A stretch of 61,768 bases of DNA, counting the filler, from Nemertoderma westbladi (taxonomy: Eukaryota; Animalia; Xenacoelomorpha): NCBI GenBank assembly GCA_032718475.1. It is 3 parts of 3 records of this genome, joined end to end, with 100 filler letters (N's around TTAATTAATTAA, not from the genome) between each part and the next. Parts side by side here need not be neighbours in the genome. Positions count along the whole stretch, not along the records: positions 45,174 to 61,768 come from JAUCBJ010006933.1; 2 more parts are not named here. The stretch is one strand, 5' to 3'. Numbering within the stretch: position 1 is the stretch's first letter; each line of letters opens with the position of its first letter. The notes under the pieces were generated by a model. The model was not told the DNA's origin, made no database searches, and saw only the letters and a list, made by a program, of their open reading frames with translations. Shown here piece by piece: positions 49,389-61,768 of this stretch. Position numbers and translations under genes: made by a program.

Positions 49389-49740
49389 TTCACCGTAGCG
49401 AAACCATAGTAAAACAGATAGAAAAGCTGAGATGTGACTAGTATTTCTGACTTTTATTACAAAAGATATAATAACTATTATACAATAAACAATGTAATCT
49501 GAAATAAGACAGAAAGTTAAAGTAGATCAGCAAGTGAGATTGAGATTGATTGAATAACTAATGAACGAATTGCACCTTTATATACTAAATTTGTGCCGCA
49601 ATCAATCGAGAAAATTCTCGATTGTTCTATGGGTTCTAACAAGGTTTTAAAGATAGCTATTGGTCCAGCTAATATATAACTTGCACGACATTGGTTACAA
49701 TCAAATAACTACAGCCTCATTGGTACAGATAAATGCAATT
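49389..49740 (-). promoter_or_regulatory. LTR-like region: three CCAAT boxes, TATATAAA, AATAAA, then a TGG-starting PBS-like sequence
   Basis: Minus-strand order: CCAAT (~49720, ~49692, ~49661), TATA (~49580), AATAAA (~49458), TGGTTTCGCTACGG at 49406. The priming tRNA was not recognised and the boundary is not the canonical CA. Confidence 0.5.
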
Positions 49741-49794
49741 AATTTGTAGCGGTTAATTTAAATGAGTTGAAATTCTGCACAAAAAATAATTCGC

Positions 49795-49867
49795 ACTTAC
49801 TAGGATTCGAACTCGATACCTACTACACTTATAATTTCCAACGCTCTACCAACTGAGCTACTGAACC
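49795..49867 (-). pseudogene. tRNA-derived sequence (SINE head or tRNA pseudogene)
   Basis: A box TAGCTCAGTTGG and B box GAGTTCGAATCC are present, but the acceptor and anticodon stems do not pair. Confidence 0.7.
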
Positions 49868-49995
49868 ACTTGACCGATAGATGCATAATAGATAGAACCA
49901 ATACTAATGAGAACTCAAAGCAATCTTTACAAAGTTAATTCGAATAAAATAAAATTTTGAAAATCCACGGCATTTAGGGAATATAATTCTATAAA

Positions 49996-52441
49996 GCTAT
50001 AAAAGCTATAAAAGCTATAAAAGCTATAAAAGCTATAAAAGCTATAAAAGCTATAAGAGCTATAAAAGCTATAAAAGCTATAAAAGCTATAAAAGCTATA
50101 AAAGCTATAAAAGCTATAAAAGCTATAAAAGCTATAAAAGCTATAAAAGCTATAAAAGCTATAAAAGCTATAAAAGCTATAAAAGCTATAAAAGCTATAA
50201 AAGCTATAAAAGCTATAAAAGCTATAAAAGCTATAAAAGCTATAAAAGCTATAAAAGCTATAAAAGCTATAAAAGCTATAAAAGCTATAAAAGCTATAAA
50301 AGCTATAAAAGCTATAAAAGCTATAAAAGCTATAAAAGCTATAAAAGCTATAAAAGCTATAAAAGCTATAAAAGCTATAAAAGCTATAAAAGCTATAAAA
50401 GCTATAAAAGCTATAAAAGCTATAAAAGCTATAAAAGCTATAAAAGCTATAAAAGCTATAAAAGCTATAAAAGCTATAAAAGCTATAAAAGCTATAAAAG
50501 CTATAAAAGCTATAAAAGCTATAAAAGCTATAAAAGCTATAAAAGCTATAAAAGCTATAAAAGCTATAAAAGCTATAAAAGCTATAAAAGCTATAAAAGC
50601 TATAAAAGCTATAAAAGCTATAAAAGCTATAAAAGCTATAAAAGCTATAAAAGCTATAAAAGCTATAAAAGCTATAAAAGCTATAAAAGCTATAAAAGCT
50701 ATAAAAGCTATAAAAGCTATAAAAGCTATAAAAGCTATAAAAGCTATAAAAGCTATAAAAGCTATAAAAGCTATAAAAGCTATAAAAGCTATAAAAGCTA
50801 TAAAAGCTATAAAAGCTATAAAAGCTATAAAAGCTATAAAAGCTATAAAAGCTATAAAAGCTATAAAAGCTATAAAAGCTATAAAAGCTATAAAAGCTAT
50901 AAAAGCTATAAAAGCTATAAAAGCTATAAAAGCTATAAAAGCTATAAAAGCTATAAAAGCTATAAAAGCTATAAAAGCTATAAAAGCTATAAAAGCTATA
51001 AAAGCTATAAAAGCTATAAAAGCTATAAAAGCTATAAAAGCTATAAAAGCTATAAAAGCTATAAAGGCTATAAAAGCTATAAAGGCTATAAAAGCTATAA
51101 AAGCTATAAAAGCTATAAAAGCTATAAAAGCTATAAAAGCTATAAAAGCTATAAAAGCTACAAAAGCTATAAAGGCTATAAAAGCTATAAAAGCTATAAA
51201 AGCTATAAAAGCTATAAAAGCTATAAAAGCTATAAAAGCTATAAAAGCTATAAAAGCTATAAAAGCTATAAAAGCTATAAAAGCTATAAAAGCTATAAAA
51301 GCTATAAAAGCTATAAAAGCTATAAAAGCTATAAAAGCTATAAAAGCTATAAAAGCTATAAAAGCTATAAAAGCTATAAAAGCTATAAAAGCTATAAAAG
51401 CTATAAAAGCTATAAAAGCTATAAAAGCTATAAAAGCTATAAAAGCTATAAAAGCTATAAAAGCTATAAAAGCTATAAAAGCTATAAAAGCTATAAAAGC
51501 TATAAAAGCTATAAAAGCTATAAAAGCTATAAAAGCTATAAAAGCTATAAAAGCTATAAAAGCTATAAAAGCTATAAAAGCTATAAAAGCTATAAAAGCT
51601 ATAAAAGCTATAAAAGCTATAAAAGCTATAAAAGCTATAAAAGCTATAAAAGCTATAAAAGCTATAAAAGCTATAAAAGCTATAAAAGCTATAAAAGCTA
51701 TAAAAGCTATAAAAGCTATAAAAGCTATAAAAGCTATAAAAGCTATAAAAGCTATAAAAGCTATAAAAGCTATAAAAGCTATAAAAGCTATAAAAGCTAT
51801 AAAAGCTATAAAAGCTATAAAAGCTATAAAAGCTATAAAAGCTATAAAAGCTATAAAAGCTATAAAAGCTATAAAAGCTATAAAAGCTATAAAAGCTATA
51901 AAAGCTATAAAAGCTATAAAAGCTATAAAAGCTATAAAAGCTATAAAAGCTATAAAAGCTATAAAAGCTATAAAAGCTATAAAAGCTATAAAAGCTATAA
52001 AAGCTATAAAAGCTATAAAAGCTATAAAAGCTATAAAAGCTATAAAAGCTATAAAAGCTATAAAAGCTATAAAAGCTATAAAAGCTATAAAAGCTATAAA
52101 AGCTATAAAAGCTATAAAAGCTATAAAAGCTATAAAAGCTATAAAAGCTATAAAAGCTATAAAAGCTATAAAAGCTATAAAAGCTATAAAAGCTATAAAA
52201 GCTATAAAAGCTATAAAAGCTATAAAAGCTATAAAAGCTATAAAAGCTATAAAAGCTATAAAAGCTATAAAAGCTATAAAAGCTATAAAAGCTATAAAAG
52301 CTATAAAAGCTATAAAAGCTATAAAAGCTATAAAAGCTATAAAAGCTATAAAAGCTATAAAAGCTATAAAAGCTATAAAAGCTATAAAAGCTATAAAAGT
52401 AAAGCTATAAAAGTAAACCTATAAAAGCAAAGCTATAAAAG
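49996..52441. repeat. (GCTATAAAA)n satellite, ~270 units
   Basis: Directly visible; only a handful of variant units. Confidence 0.98.
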
Positions 52442-52807
52442 TTTTAAAAGTTTGAAATTTTACCCAGACCCCCTGAAAGACAGGAGAGGGGTAAGATCGG
52501 GTTGTCAGGCTGTCGCGGCCAATAATGAAACAACAAGAATGAATTTCGTCTAGGTGGAGTAGACGGCCTATTGAATTGCAGCATAATTCGAAAGGGAATA
52601 CTGACAATTAGAATTGGTACGTAGACAATTCGGTCGGACCCATTCAAAAATATGATTTGTATTTGCCCTATATCCCTCGAGATACTCTAATGCACTACAT
52701 AATACTAGAAAAACGTTGATTTATTATTGGTGTTATGGGTGAATGAGTGGCTTCATATTATTATTACTTTTTATTGGGCACAGCTTTTGCAAAGTCGGCA
52801 GTGACGT

Positions 52808-52877
52808 CCAGGTGGGATCGAACTATGGTGACCTCCATGTTGGAAGTCTGACGCTCTAACCCTACAGCTAGCGGCTC
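52808..52877 (-). pseudogene. tRNA-derived SINE head or pseudogene
   Basis: TAGCTGTAGGGTTAGAGCG ... AGTTCGATCCC boxes; stems degenerate. Confidence 0.55.
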
Positions 52878-53426
52878 AAGTAAAAGATACACCTGGAAAT
52901 ACTATCTGATACCTTGTATGTCCGCAATTTATCTCCTCATGGCCTCCCATCTGTCAATACCTTCATATGCTGCCTGTTTGACGCCTCTGGGGAGATAATT
53001 GTCTATGTATACGTAGATAAAATGAGCTGTTGGTAGGTAATATTCAATGACGATGCCAGTTATTCTTCAGTAACAGCTGGCCTTGATTAACTTGATTAAT
53101 ACTGATTATTGATTATTACAGCCTGGTTCATACATGTTTTGGACAAGTCTTTCATACAAAAATTTATAAAAAATTGGATGATGACAGATTGATGGAGTTC
53201 CTATTTTAAAGTATGTGATGATTTAATTTCAACGCCTTGGTTATTGAGTATTCTTATCTTAGTATACCTTTAGCCATCCATATTCGTACGCATTTGCCTT
53301 ATTCAAATGTACACATGCATACAATATGTTAATTTATTCTGATAGAGAATGATCCGTATATGATTTTAGAGATTAGGCATTGTGAGTCGAGTGAGTACAA
53401 TTGTAAAGCAGTTTGAAGAATAATGC

Positions 53427-53702
53427 GGTGTAACTGGTGCAATATCGACGGAGACACCTTTTACAAACGGCGGTGTAACTGGTGCAATATCGACATAGAG
53501 ACACTTTTTTTAAACGCTTGTAGCTAAAGAATGAAAGCAAAAATAAAAATTCTGGCTCACCCAGTCAGTGGTCGGGAGGTGAAATTATCTTTGTTTCTAA
53601 TTTCATGCAATCTCATTAAGATTTGTAGAAAAAAAAATTTTTTTTTTTTTGGGGGGGGGGGGGGGGTACCTGAATAACGACACTATATTCCAGAACATGG
53701 TG
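53427..53702. mobile_element. Right arm of the same Tc1/mariner-type MITE family
   Basis: GTAACTGGTGCAATATCGAC ... TATTCCAGAACATGGTG|TA; left arm absent. Confidence 0.78.
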
Positions 53703-55209
53703 TACTTAGATATGATATGAAACCTTTGTTTACCCATATTTTGCAAATATTTTACCGGTATGTAGGCCTACGCCTATGCTCGTTTGTTATATTTATTGTT
53801 CAATGGGCGTTTTTGTTTAATTACTTTTTCAGACGCGAACATTTCCAATAATTTGTATTAAATAGTAGGGAGTGTGCAAAGTACAAACCCAAGGTAAGGC
53901 AAAGACAAGGCAAAAAATACATTATATATTAACTATATTAAATAATATTAATATTATTAATTAATATAAGTGAACACAATGTATTCCTGTCGAAATCTAT
54001 TTTTACGGTACTAATTCGCCATGTCAACAACACCCATGACCATTTTATACTATGTTTTTTTTTATTAAATAATTTTTGACGTGGATATTCTAGCCGGTAG
54101 ATAGTACTATTATATCTTAGCTCAATCTGAATAATTCCACGTAGCTAATGTTATTTACTAGCTAGCAGATTTAATTAGCTAGTAAAAAAATTTTATTAAA
54201 ATTAAATATAAGAACAGCATGATATTGCATACCGCCTCGTAATTTAACTTGGTTTACACACACACTATATTAGTGTGTGTACATTTATTCATAAAATCAA
54301 AAAATAAAATAAAATATATTTGTATTATACATAGCTAGTGTTTTTTATGGTTGTTAGCAGTTTTCGTTGTGTTGAAAATGAATTTAGCTAAATTGAAATT
54401 TCAAAAATTTTCCAGAATAAGCAAAAACTGTAAATAAAATACTTTGGTTTTTTAGTAAAATTTTTTATAGCTAGTATTTTGATAAATAGAAGCTAGAATA
54501 AAAAATATTTTAGAATGTTGACTATGTTCTAGAAAATAATATATAAAAATCAAAGAAGCTTTAGCTCGTGGAAAACAATTGGATGGGGGTTTCAACATGA
54601 CGAACTAGTACCCTATTTACGTTTCAAAAGACAAAATATTTCTCATAATAGGACGATCGACATCATGTACTGTTGTTTAATCGGTGCTAAATGATGGATG
54701 AGTCGTGTCTGTTTTGCCGAAAAACATCTGGAACACTAATCAGTGGAGGACCTATTCGCATAAAGAATATCATAGCTTGTAGTGCAGCCCGTGAAAGTGA
54801 TAACCTCAATGAGATTCTTCAGCCAAAACTTAATAACGATTCGGAACTGAATGTTATTTTTCACAAACAGTGCATTTCTACATATTATATTCTCATATTC
54901 TATATCTATCTATTCTATTATTCTATTATTCTATATATCTATTCTATATCTTATATAATCTATATTCTATATCATATTCTACATATATACTTCGAAACAA
55001 CATATAGAGCGTGAGTTAAAACGACGACACATTTCCAACTCAGAGAAATTACCAGAACCACCTGCGAAAAAATTGCGTTCTGATTCTTCATACTTATAAA
55101 ATATGAAGGCGATGCTGAACATGAGACCATTCGTAAAGAGCGTTCAATTCAAAACTGGCTATAAAGCTGAAAGAATGGTATGGAAACCGGCTCTTAGTTA
55201 TAAAGGTAA

Positions 55210-55385
55210 ATGGATGTGCTAGCATTATATGATGGATGTGCTAGCATTATATGATGGATGTGCTAGCATTATATGATGGATGTGCTAGCATTATATGATG
55301 GATGTGCTAGCATTATATGAGGGATGTGCTAGCATTATATGAGGGATGTGCTAGCATTATATGATGGATGTGCTAGCATTATATG
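55210..55385. repeat. 22-bp tandem repeat, 8 units, inside the Academ-like ORF
   Basis: ATGGATGTGCTAGCATTATATG x8. Confidence 0.92.
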
Positions 55386-57935
55386 TATCCAAGATGCATT
55401 ATCTGATGTATTATCTTCGGTTGAAACGGTCGATGTTTCCATAGACAACACTGTCGCATATATAACCAAAGAAATTGTCAAGGAAATGAATGGCATAATG
55501 AAAGAACGATCTATAGTTGAATACAACTTATCAGAATTTACAAGAGACCGAGCAATAGAGTCCACTAGCAAAACTCTACTAAGTCTAATTTCCAAATTAG
55601 TTTCTATAAATTAGTTTCTGGAGAAGAAACCAAACAATCTGCATCCTTGGCGCAGTCTATACAGGCACTAATAAGTGGAGTGTATAACCAGACAACACTT
55701 GGGATGGCTATAAAGCTTCATTATCTATTTGGAAGCCGGGAACTTATAAAATTTCTTGCATTCACGAGGATATGTGGCCAGATATGATGAAGTGCTACGG
55801 TTTAGAAAGTCTGCTGCAAAATTTACAGAAGAGCGTGGTTTTTCATCTGGCGATATTTTGGATGATTTTGACAAAAACCATCAACAAATTAGAGCGTGGA
55901 TGGATAACTTTGACCTAAATGTATTTACCCCAAATGGTCTTCGTGACTCCCACTCAACAGCTATGGAGTTACTGCAGACGTCCACAGGGAGCTCTGGAGG
56001 AGTTCCAAATAACATATATTTTCCGCGCATTTCGAAGTCAGATTTGAATTCCATTAAATTATGCGGAATGGGTGCTGTAAATTTACAACTTTACTTAGGT
56101 GAGAAAAACCCTCTCCCACCAAATATCATATACATACAGCCAGCTTTATGTATAGGCAGCTATTCATATATCTGCAGATATGGCTATCTATAAGATAATT
56201 ATGCACATAAAGTGGTCTGAATCAAAACGATGGGAGTTTTTAGTTGCTACACTAGGGGGTATGCATATTCTTCAAAATTTTATTGCAAGTATAGGAAATT
56301 TGATGTCAGGTAGCGGACTGGAGGAAATACTAAATATGTCAAATTTCAAGGGTGTCATTAGCATGTTGAATGGCAAAGCTTGGCCTAAAGCAGTACGAGA
56401 TTTGCGATTGGTTGTGAGTGGTCTACTTATAGATATAATTAACCCATGTAGTTCACTGGTAACTGTTAGAAAATCAATAGATAACATGCGATTGTCTCGA
56501 ACTGGAAAATTGTGGATTGATTGCATATTTATTCCAATTTAAATCATTCATGTTTACAGCAGAGCTAAGAATACGGTGAATTGGAATCTACATATGTGTG
56601 CACTTAAGATGATGTTACCATACTTATTTTCTTCTGGTCACTGGAATTATGCAAGGTACATTACTTGGCATATTGAAGAACAGGAACGAGGTCTACCAAG
56701 TGACACTCTCAATGCGTTTATAGAAGGAGATTTTGTTTGTGACATCAGGGAGGAATGTGCAACTCTGTTTGGAAGGACCAGTTTGGGGAGCAGACGTACA
56801 TAAGAAAGGGGAAGTCACTAGGTGGATTGAAGGGTAAGACTCTGTCCCAATAACAGTCGACCATTTGGGTGTTATCCCACTACATATGCAATATGTTTGC
56901 CTTGGGTGTGGATAACATGTTTGATTCTGGGTTAGTGGAGGATGATGAGGATCGTGAAGATGACTTAAGATGACAAAGAGGAGGGCTCTAAGCGGCGGCA
57001 TATTGATGCCGGTGATAGAATCAGTATACTTCGAACATTAAAAAAGTGCAGGGATCCATTTGGCTTTAATGATACTAATGAGTTGATCAATATTGTGAAT
57101 GGTCGTATAGCTCCACCAGAAGTCAATGTCGATAATGCCGTAAAGTTGGGGTTGGAGTCAGTAAGGGCATTCAAAACAACTCTCCCAAATGGTTTCTACC
57201 AGAGAACAACACGCTCAGTTTTAACTATGGATTTGAAACCTGCAAGTGGCAAACATGGTTGCAAGACCTATGATATGGGGAGATTATACGCAAGACTTCT
57301 GATTGTCTCACAGAAACGCCATATTGATTTGTTCGAATTGTTTAGCTATGAACTATGCCCATTACCTCCATCACTATTCAAAGAGTATGGTGAATTATGT
57401 TCCGGAAAGAAAACTGAGTTGGTTTCTCTGGCAGTATATCCCCCCTGTTGATTTGGAACTAGTTGATGGAAATAGCTTCGCTATACCATATGAATTGGAC
57501 CAACAAGTTATCTGTAGCCGCTTTTTGTGATGCCTACTGCAGCAAATATAAAGATACAGTAGCTGAACACCATCATGAAACGTATAAAATATTTGATCGT
57601 TACTTTCCAGGTAGCATTAAATCTTTAGAAAGGGAGAAGCGTAATAAATCCAACAGATATCAACAATCTGAACTATCACTAGAAACAATTCTACCTTCCA
57701 GAGACAATATTATGAAGTCTGTGAACAATAAACAAAATCTTATTCAATTTATGTGTAATTATACAACACATAAATCATTACACCTTGTTGGGGACTCTAA
57801 TAATATATTCGAACATGAAGAAGCTGATGTTACTATTATTAGTTACATGTTAAAGTTATCTGATAATGACAACATCAGACATATACAAATAACAACAGAT
57901 GATACAAACATTTTCGTACTAGTAGTATTCTTCTG

Positions 57936-58880
57936 GGGCAGGCGACAAGAAGCTCCATTAGTGCTAACAGCGCTGTTAACTAAAATTATGAGCGACACGA
58001 TACCTCCGTTAAATTAAAGGCGGCTTTAACTAACGGAAGCCAGCGTCTCAAATCTCCGTTACACTAACGGAGGACTCTCTGTTAATGTCTTTTACACCAT
58101 CCACCAGTAGGCACCTTTAAGGTTCCGTTAAGAAATGGTTTGTATTCTACTCTACATAACTAAACGCATTCTGAAAAACTATATTTATAGCTTTCATAGT
58201 ATAGATCTTGAATTCACGTTCTGTGTGAGATTCAATCATCTCCGCATTATCCAAGTCCTATTTGACGGTAGTTCTAATTAAACATTGCGGTGCATTACAG
58301 CTGATGTGGGTGGATCACGGGATGTGCAATCACGGTTATAAACACAGTTCAACTTAGTTTTCCGTCATAAGTTAGATAGACCCTTTCAGCAATCTTCGAG
58401 ATACCTAATTTTACGAACGATTCATCAATGACCAGGTGGAAGTCGTTGGTCATTGAGAGATAGAGTAGAATTCTACCCAATACTCGGGCACTCCATATGC
58501 TCTAATAGCTGTTTTGATGATGTTACATTCCCGATCTTAACATTAATTGTTAGCTCTATTGCCTAAACATGAAACTGTAGCGGTAGTATGTACTGCTTTG
58601 GTCTATAATATTTTTTAGATGTGGAAGGGTTTCAATTTGAAATGGCACTCCAACAATAATATTATCGAGTTGCCTAAGCAGCGAAAACAACACTCACCTG
58701 TACGTAATTTTATGATCATTTGGAAAGTATCACTTTTCGTACTAATGGAGCCTTAACGTAGAACTCACTAACAGAGGACTAAATACTCGTTCGTATCGCC
58801 CATTATGAGTTCTCCGTTAAGTGCACTTCCGTTAAACCTCCGTTAACTTTAAAATTAACGGAGTTTCGTGTCGCCCACCC
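57936..58880. mobile_element. PIF/Harbinger-type MITE (945 bp) with a CTG TSD, nested in the Academ-like ORF
   Basis: CTG|GGGCAGGCGACAAGAAGCTCCATTA ... TAACGGAGTTTCGTGTCGCCCACCC|CTG. Removal restores VVFFW-LYQPTF...LSGCD. Subterminal CTCCGTTAA motifs. Confidence 0.85.
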
Positions 58881-61768
58881 CTGGCTATATCAACCAACTT
58901 TTCAATTCTCCATACATAGATTTAATGGAAAAATCATAAATATCAACACCACTGCTATCCAACTCGGAAATCTGTGTGCTGGTCTCCTTTCTTTACAAGC
59001 TTTATCTGGTTGCGATAACGCGATCAAATTGCTGTGTAGGTTGCACGAATCCCTGCAGATTTTCTGTGATCCAAATGTTACAGAAGAAAAATGGCTACAA
59101 ATAGGCTTCTCGTTCATTATACACCTCTATGGTGGTTGCATATCGCATACTCAGAATGAACTTCGAAATAGGCTATTTGCTACAAAGAAGCAACACCCTA
59201 AAGTATTCAACCTTCCCCCCACACAGAGGGCCACTGTACAACATGTAAAACGTGCTCGTTTGCAAGTTTGCAAGCTGCTGATGATCCTGCACCTCCACTG
59301 TTGGCTGTTAACAAGTTTGGTTGGATGGCGATCAATGACAAACTGATACCGGATACTGGCGTCTCATCCATTGCCCCAATTTCGATCCTTAAAACTATAT
59401 CTTGTAATTGCAAGTCCGAAAGTGCCTGTCCTTCCAATCGATGCGGCTGCTCTATAGCCGCTCTACCATGTACTACAATATGCACCTGCACTACTTCAAA
59501 GTGTAAAAATAAATACGATGTTTAAATCAATGTTCCGTTTAAATAATTATTTTAATAAACATACAACTCTTCTAGCTGATTGATTAACTTTCGTAATACC
59601 ATTAATGGAGAATATTTGGGATAGATACCCAGATAGGTACGCAGTAAAGAATGATGGCACATTGAATCTACTGTACCTATTTTCTGCAATCGTTGGCAAG
59701 ATAAATGTCAACATTTGCATTTGAAAGGAGAAAACTAACTCATCTAATTAAATGAATAACTAAATGTAATAACCCCCCAGTGATGATAATTGATTGCTTT
59801 TAAATAGTTACATAAATAATCAAAAGTTTAATAGTTGGCCTATCTTAATAAACATCCCAAAGGCCAAAATTTATAATTAATAATGTTGCTATGGGAACTA
59901 ATCTTCTAGAAATTTTATTCAGAATAATTAACAAGTGCTGTGGCAATAGGTGCAAGGTCGCAGATATCTCAAAATAAATCCTTGTATGCCGGTTGCTATT
60001 GAAACTTAGGTTAAGTGCTTTATAAAAAATTCCCCAAAGTGTAGAATATCACTTGTTAGTTGTAACATGTATTTAGATTGTATTATTACAATTCATCAAA
60101 GAACAACTAGAATTAATAAAGAAACCCTTGACAGCAAGGCGTTACTCTCCGTTGACCTTTGTTTTTTTGTTCAAAGGCATATGCTGTAATATGGTGGCCT
60201 ATCAGTATCATGTTTTTTGTCCAAAAAAAAAACAATCTAACAAAAAAATAAAAAAATGTCGATGTTGATGTTGATGTCATTCCCCCCATATAACTGATGA
60301 TGCGCTATCAACCTCTCGAGCTGAAACCAGAAGCAAAATCGGCGTTCTCCTGGTCTCTCCAACAGAAAGTGGACGGGTGCTAACAAGATCTGCAGACATG
60401 TTACCACGAGGTTCAGTATACATGGATTCCACCATAAAATATGATGTTCTAGAAATTTCCACCGACCAGTGTATACTTTCTATGTAGTGATACCCTCCAC
60501 ATTGTTTCACCTTCTGGACTGCACTTCTAACTCTAGGACGCTAAAGGACTGGGCAGGTGAATAATAGTTAACCATGACTCATATCCTATATTTACCATAT
60601 TTTATTATTTTTATGACCCTATTCTTAAAATTACCTTTTATAATTCCCCGAAAATGCGGATCAAAAAGTCGAAATTAATTGTTTATTACATGGGAAAAAT
60701 AGTAGAACTATTTCTTACTATTCTCGAGGGATTAATAAAGTATTGTATTTATAAAATGTAAGTTTTTTCCCATGTAATACATATTTTTTATTCTTAAATT
60801 TGTACTTTTTTGTTGCTTATTATGCTCTATTAAAAATATAGAACGAAATAGTGTTACAAAATAAATTGAACTGTAGTATTTTACTATATTGCTTCCATAG
60901 TTACTGAAATTCAAATTACTGTAAGTAGTAATGGTTACCCCTCTTTGGCGACAGTTTGGTCCTACTTCACACCTTGGGTGTTAAGTAGGTCATTAATTAA
61001 TTAATCAATTAATTAATTGGTCGATTAAACAATTAATTAATTGTTTAATCAATCGACTCGTATCAAATAATGTTGCCAAAGGCAATTTAATTTGATACAA
61101 ATCAATCAGATAGGGGGACGCGAGATGAATAAATTGTACTATAACAAATGAAATATACAATACAATAGGCACTGTACATTACAATATACAATACATTTGT
61201 ATTATTTTTGCCGTACAATAAAATGATAGAATTAAATATAAAGACGCAATCGAGGCCCAAAACATAAATATACCCTTTCACCAAAATAAAATGGCCCCAG
61301 TTTAGCCCCGAGTCATCCCTCAATAATCTGTGGCTGCTCGGGCTCTTATTAGCCATAGCATGACTAACCCAATCATCAATGCGTGAATGGGGCCTGCGTG
61401 AATGGGGCCTGCCACAGAGCTTAAATTATTCATACCCACAGCTTCGTTATTATATCAATTCATCCAAGAAATTAGAATAAACATCTGGTATGGCATTAGT
61501 TTGCATTCTTTCGCATTGTACTTTATGAAGCAGTCCACGCGCATATTAGCTCAACAACAAAGCCCTACCCAAAACACCACATGTCAAATTAATTCCCAAA
61601 CCATCTCTTTACTACAGTGGATACTGCAGTTTTTTGTTTGAAGTAATTTCAGTTGCTCTAGCGTAACATTAATTAACATACCCAGTCTGACGCAGCAACC
61701 CATTCATTACACACACTTTTCTCCAACGCACCACCCCGCTTCTCAATTCATCCCATTTCTCTTCGTAA

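Larger units (their letters stand above)
54691..59525 (+). mobile_element. Decayed Academ (AcademX-like) DNA transposon ORF: transposase, XPG/FEN1-like nuclease, Cys-rich finger
   Basis: CLFC...FHKQCISTY, WMDNFD, LGGMH...IGNLMSGSGLEE...NGKAWPKAVR, WNLH...MLPYLFSSGHWNYARY, HEEAD, DDT(N)IFVL, LSGCD, LPPT...HVKRARLQ, CNC....C...RCGC....LPCT..C.C. Frameshifted. Possible TAGGG left end at 53866; right end not found. Confidence 0.75.

Noticed and set aside
49795-49867. Functional tRNA gene
   Set aside because: A and B boxes are present but the acceptor and anticodon stems cannot form. The same applies to 52808-52877.
49996-52441. Telomeric repeat
   Set aside because: Interstitial with unique sequence on both sides, and it lacks a G-rich strand.

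Overview
Repeat-rich animal (bilaterian-looking invertebrate) nuclear DNA made of three contigs joined by artificial N-TTAATTAATTAA-N spacers (about 1-26075, 26176-45073, 45174-61768). Three host genes are visible, all on the minus strand: an intronless urotensin-II-receptor-like GPCR, an intronless SPPL2-type intramembrane protease, and a complete PRPF6 gene (927 aa) with one 6.2-kb intron. That intron is the standout. It opens with a tandem array of 13 copies of its own 5' splice site, and every downstream copy would give a non-productive mRNA. It then carries three sense-strand box C/D snoRNAs with the SNORD60/snR48-type 28S rRNA guide, separated by MITEs and minisatellites. The rest is transposon-derived: an open Mag-like Gypsy gag-pol with an IVED catalytic motif, decayed BEL/Pao, Academ-like, CRE-like and other LINE relics, several MITEs with readable TSDs, a Helentron-type element carrying seven CTCF-like motifs about 147 bp apart, and a 2.4-kb 9-bp satellite. 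All family calls are by eye and memory of motifs. No searches were run.
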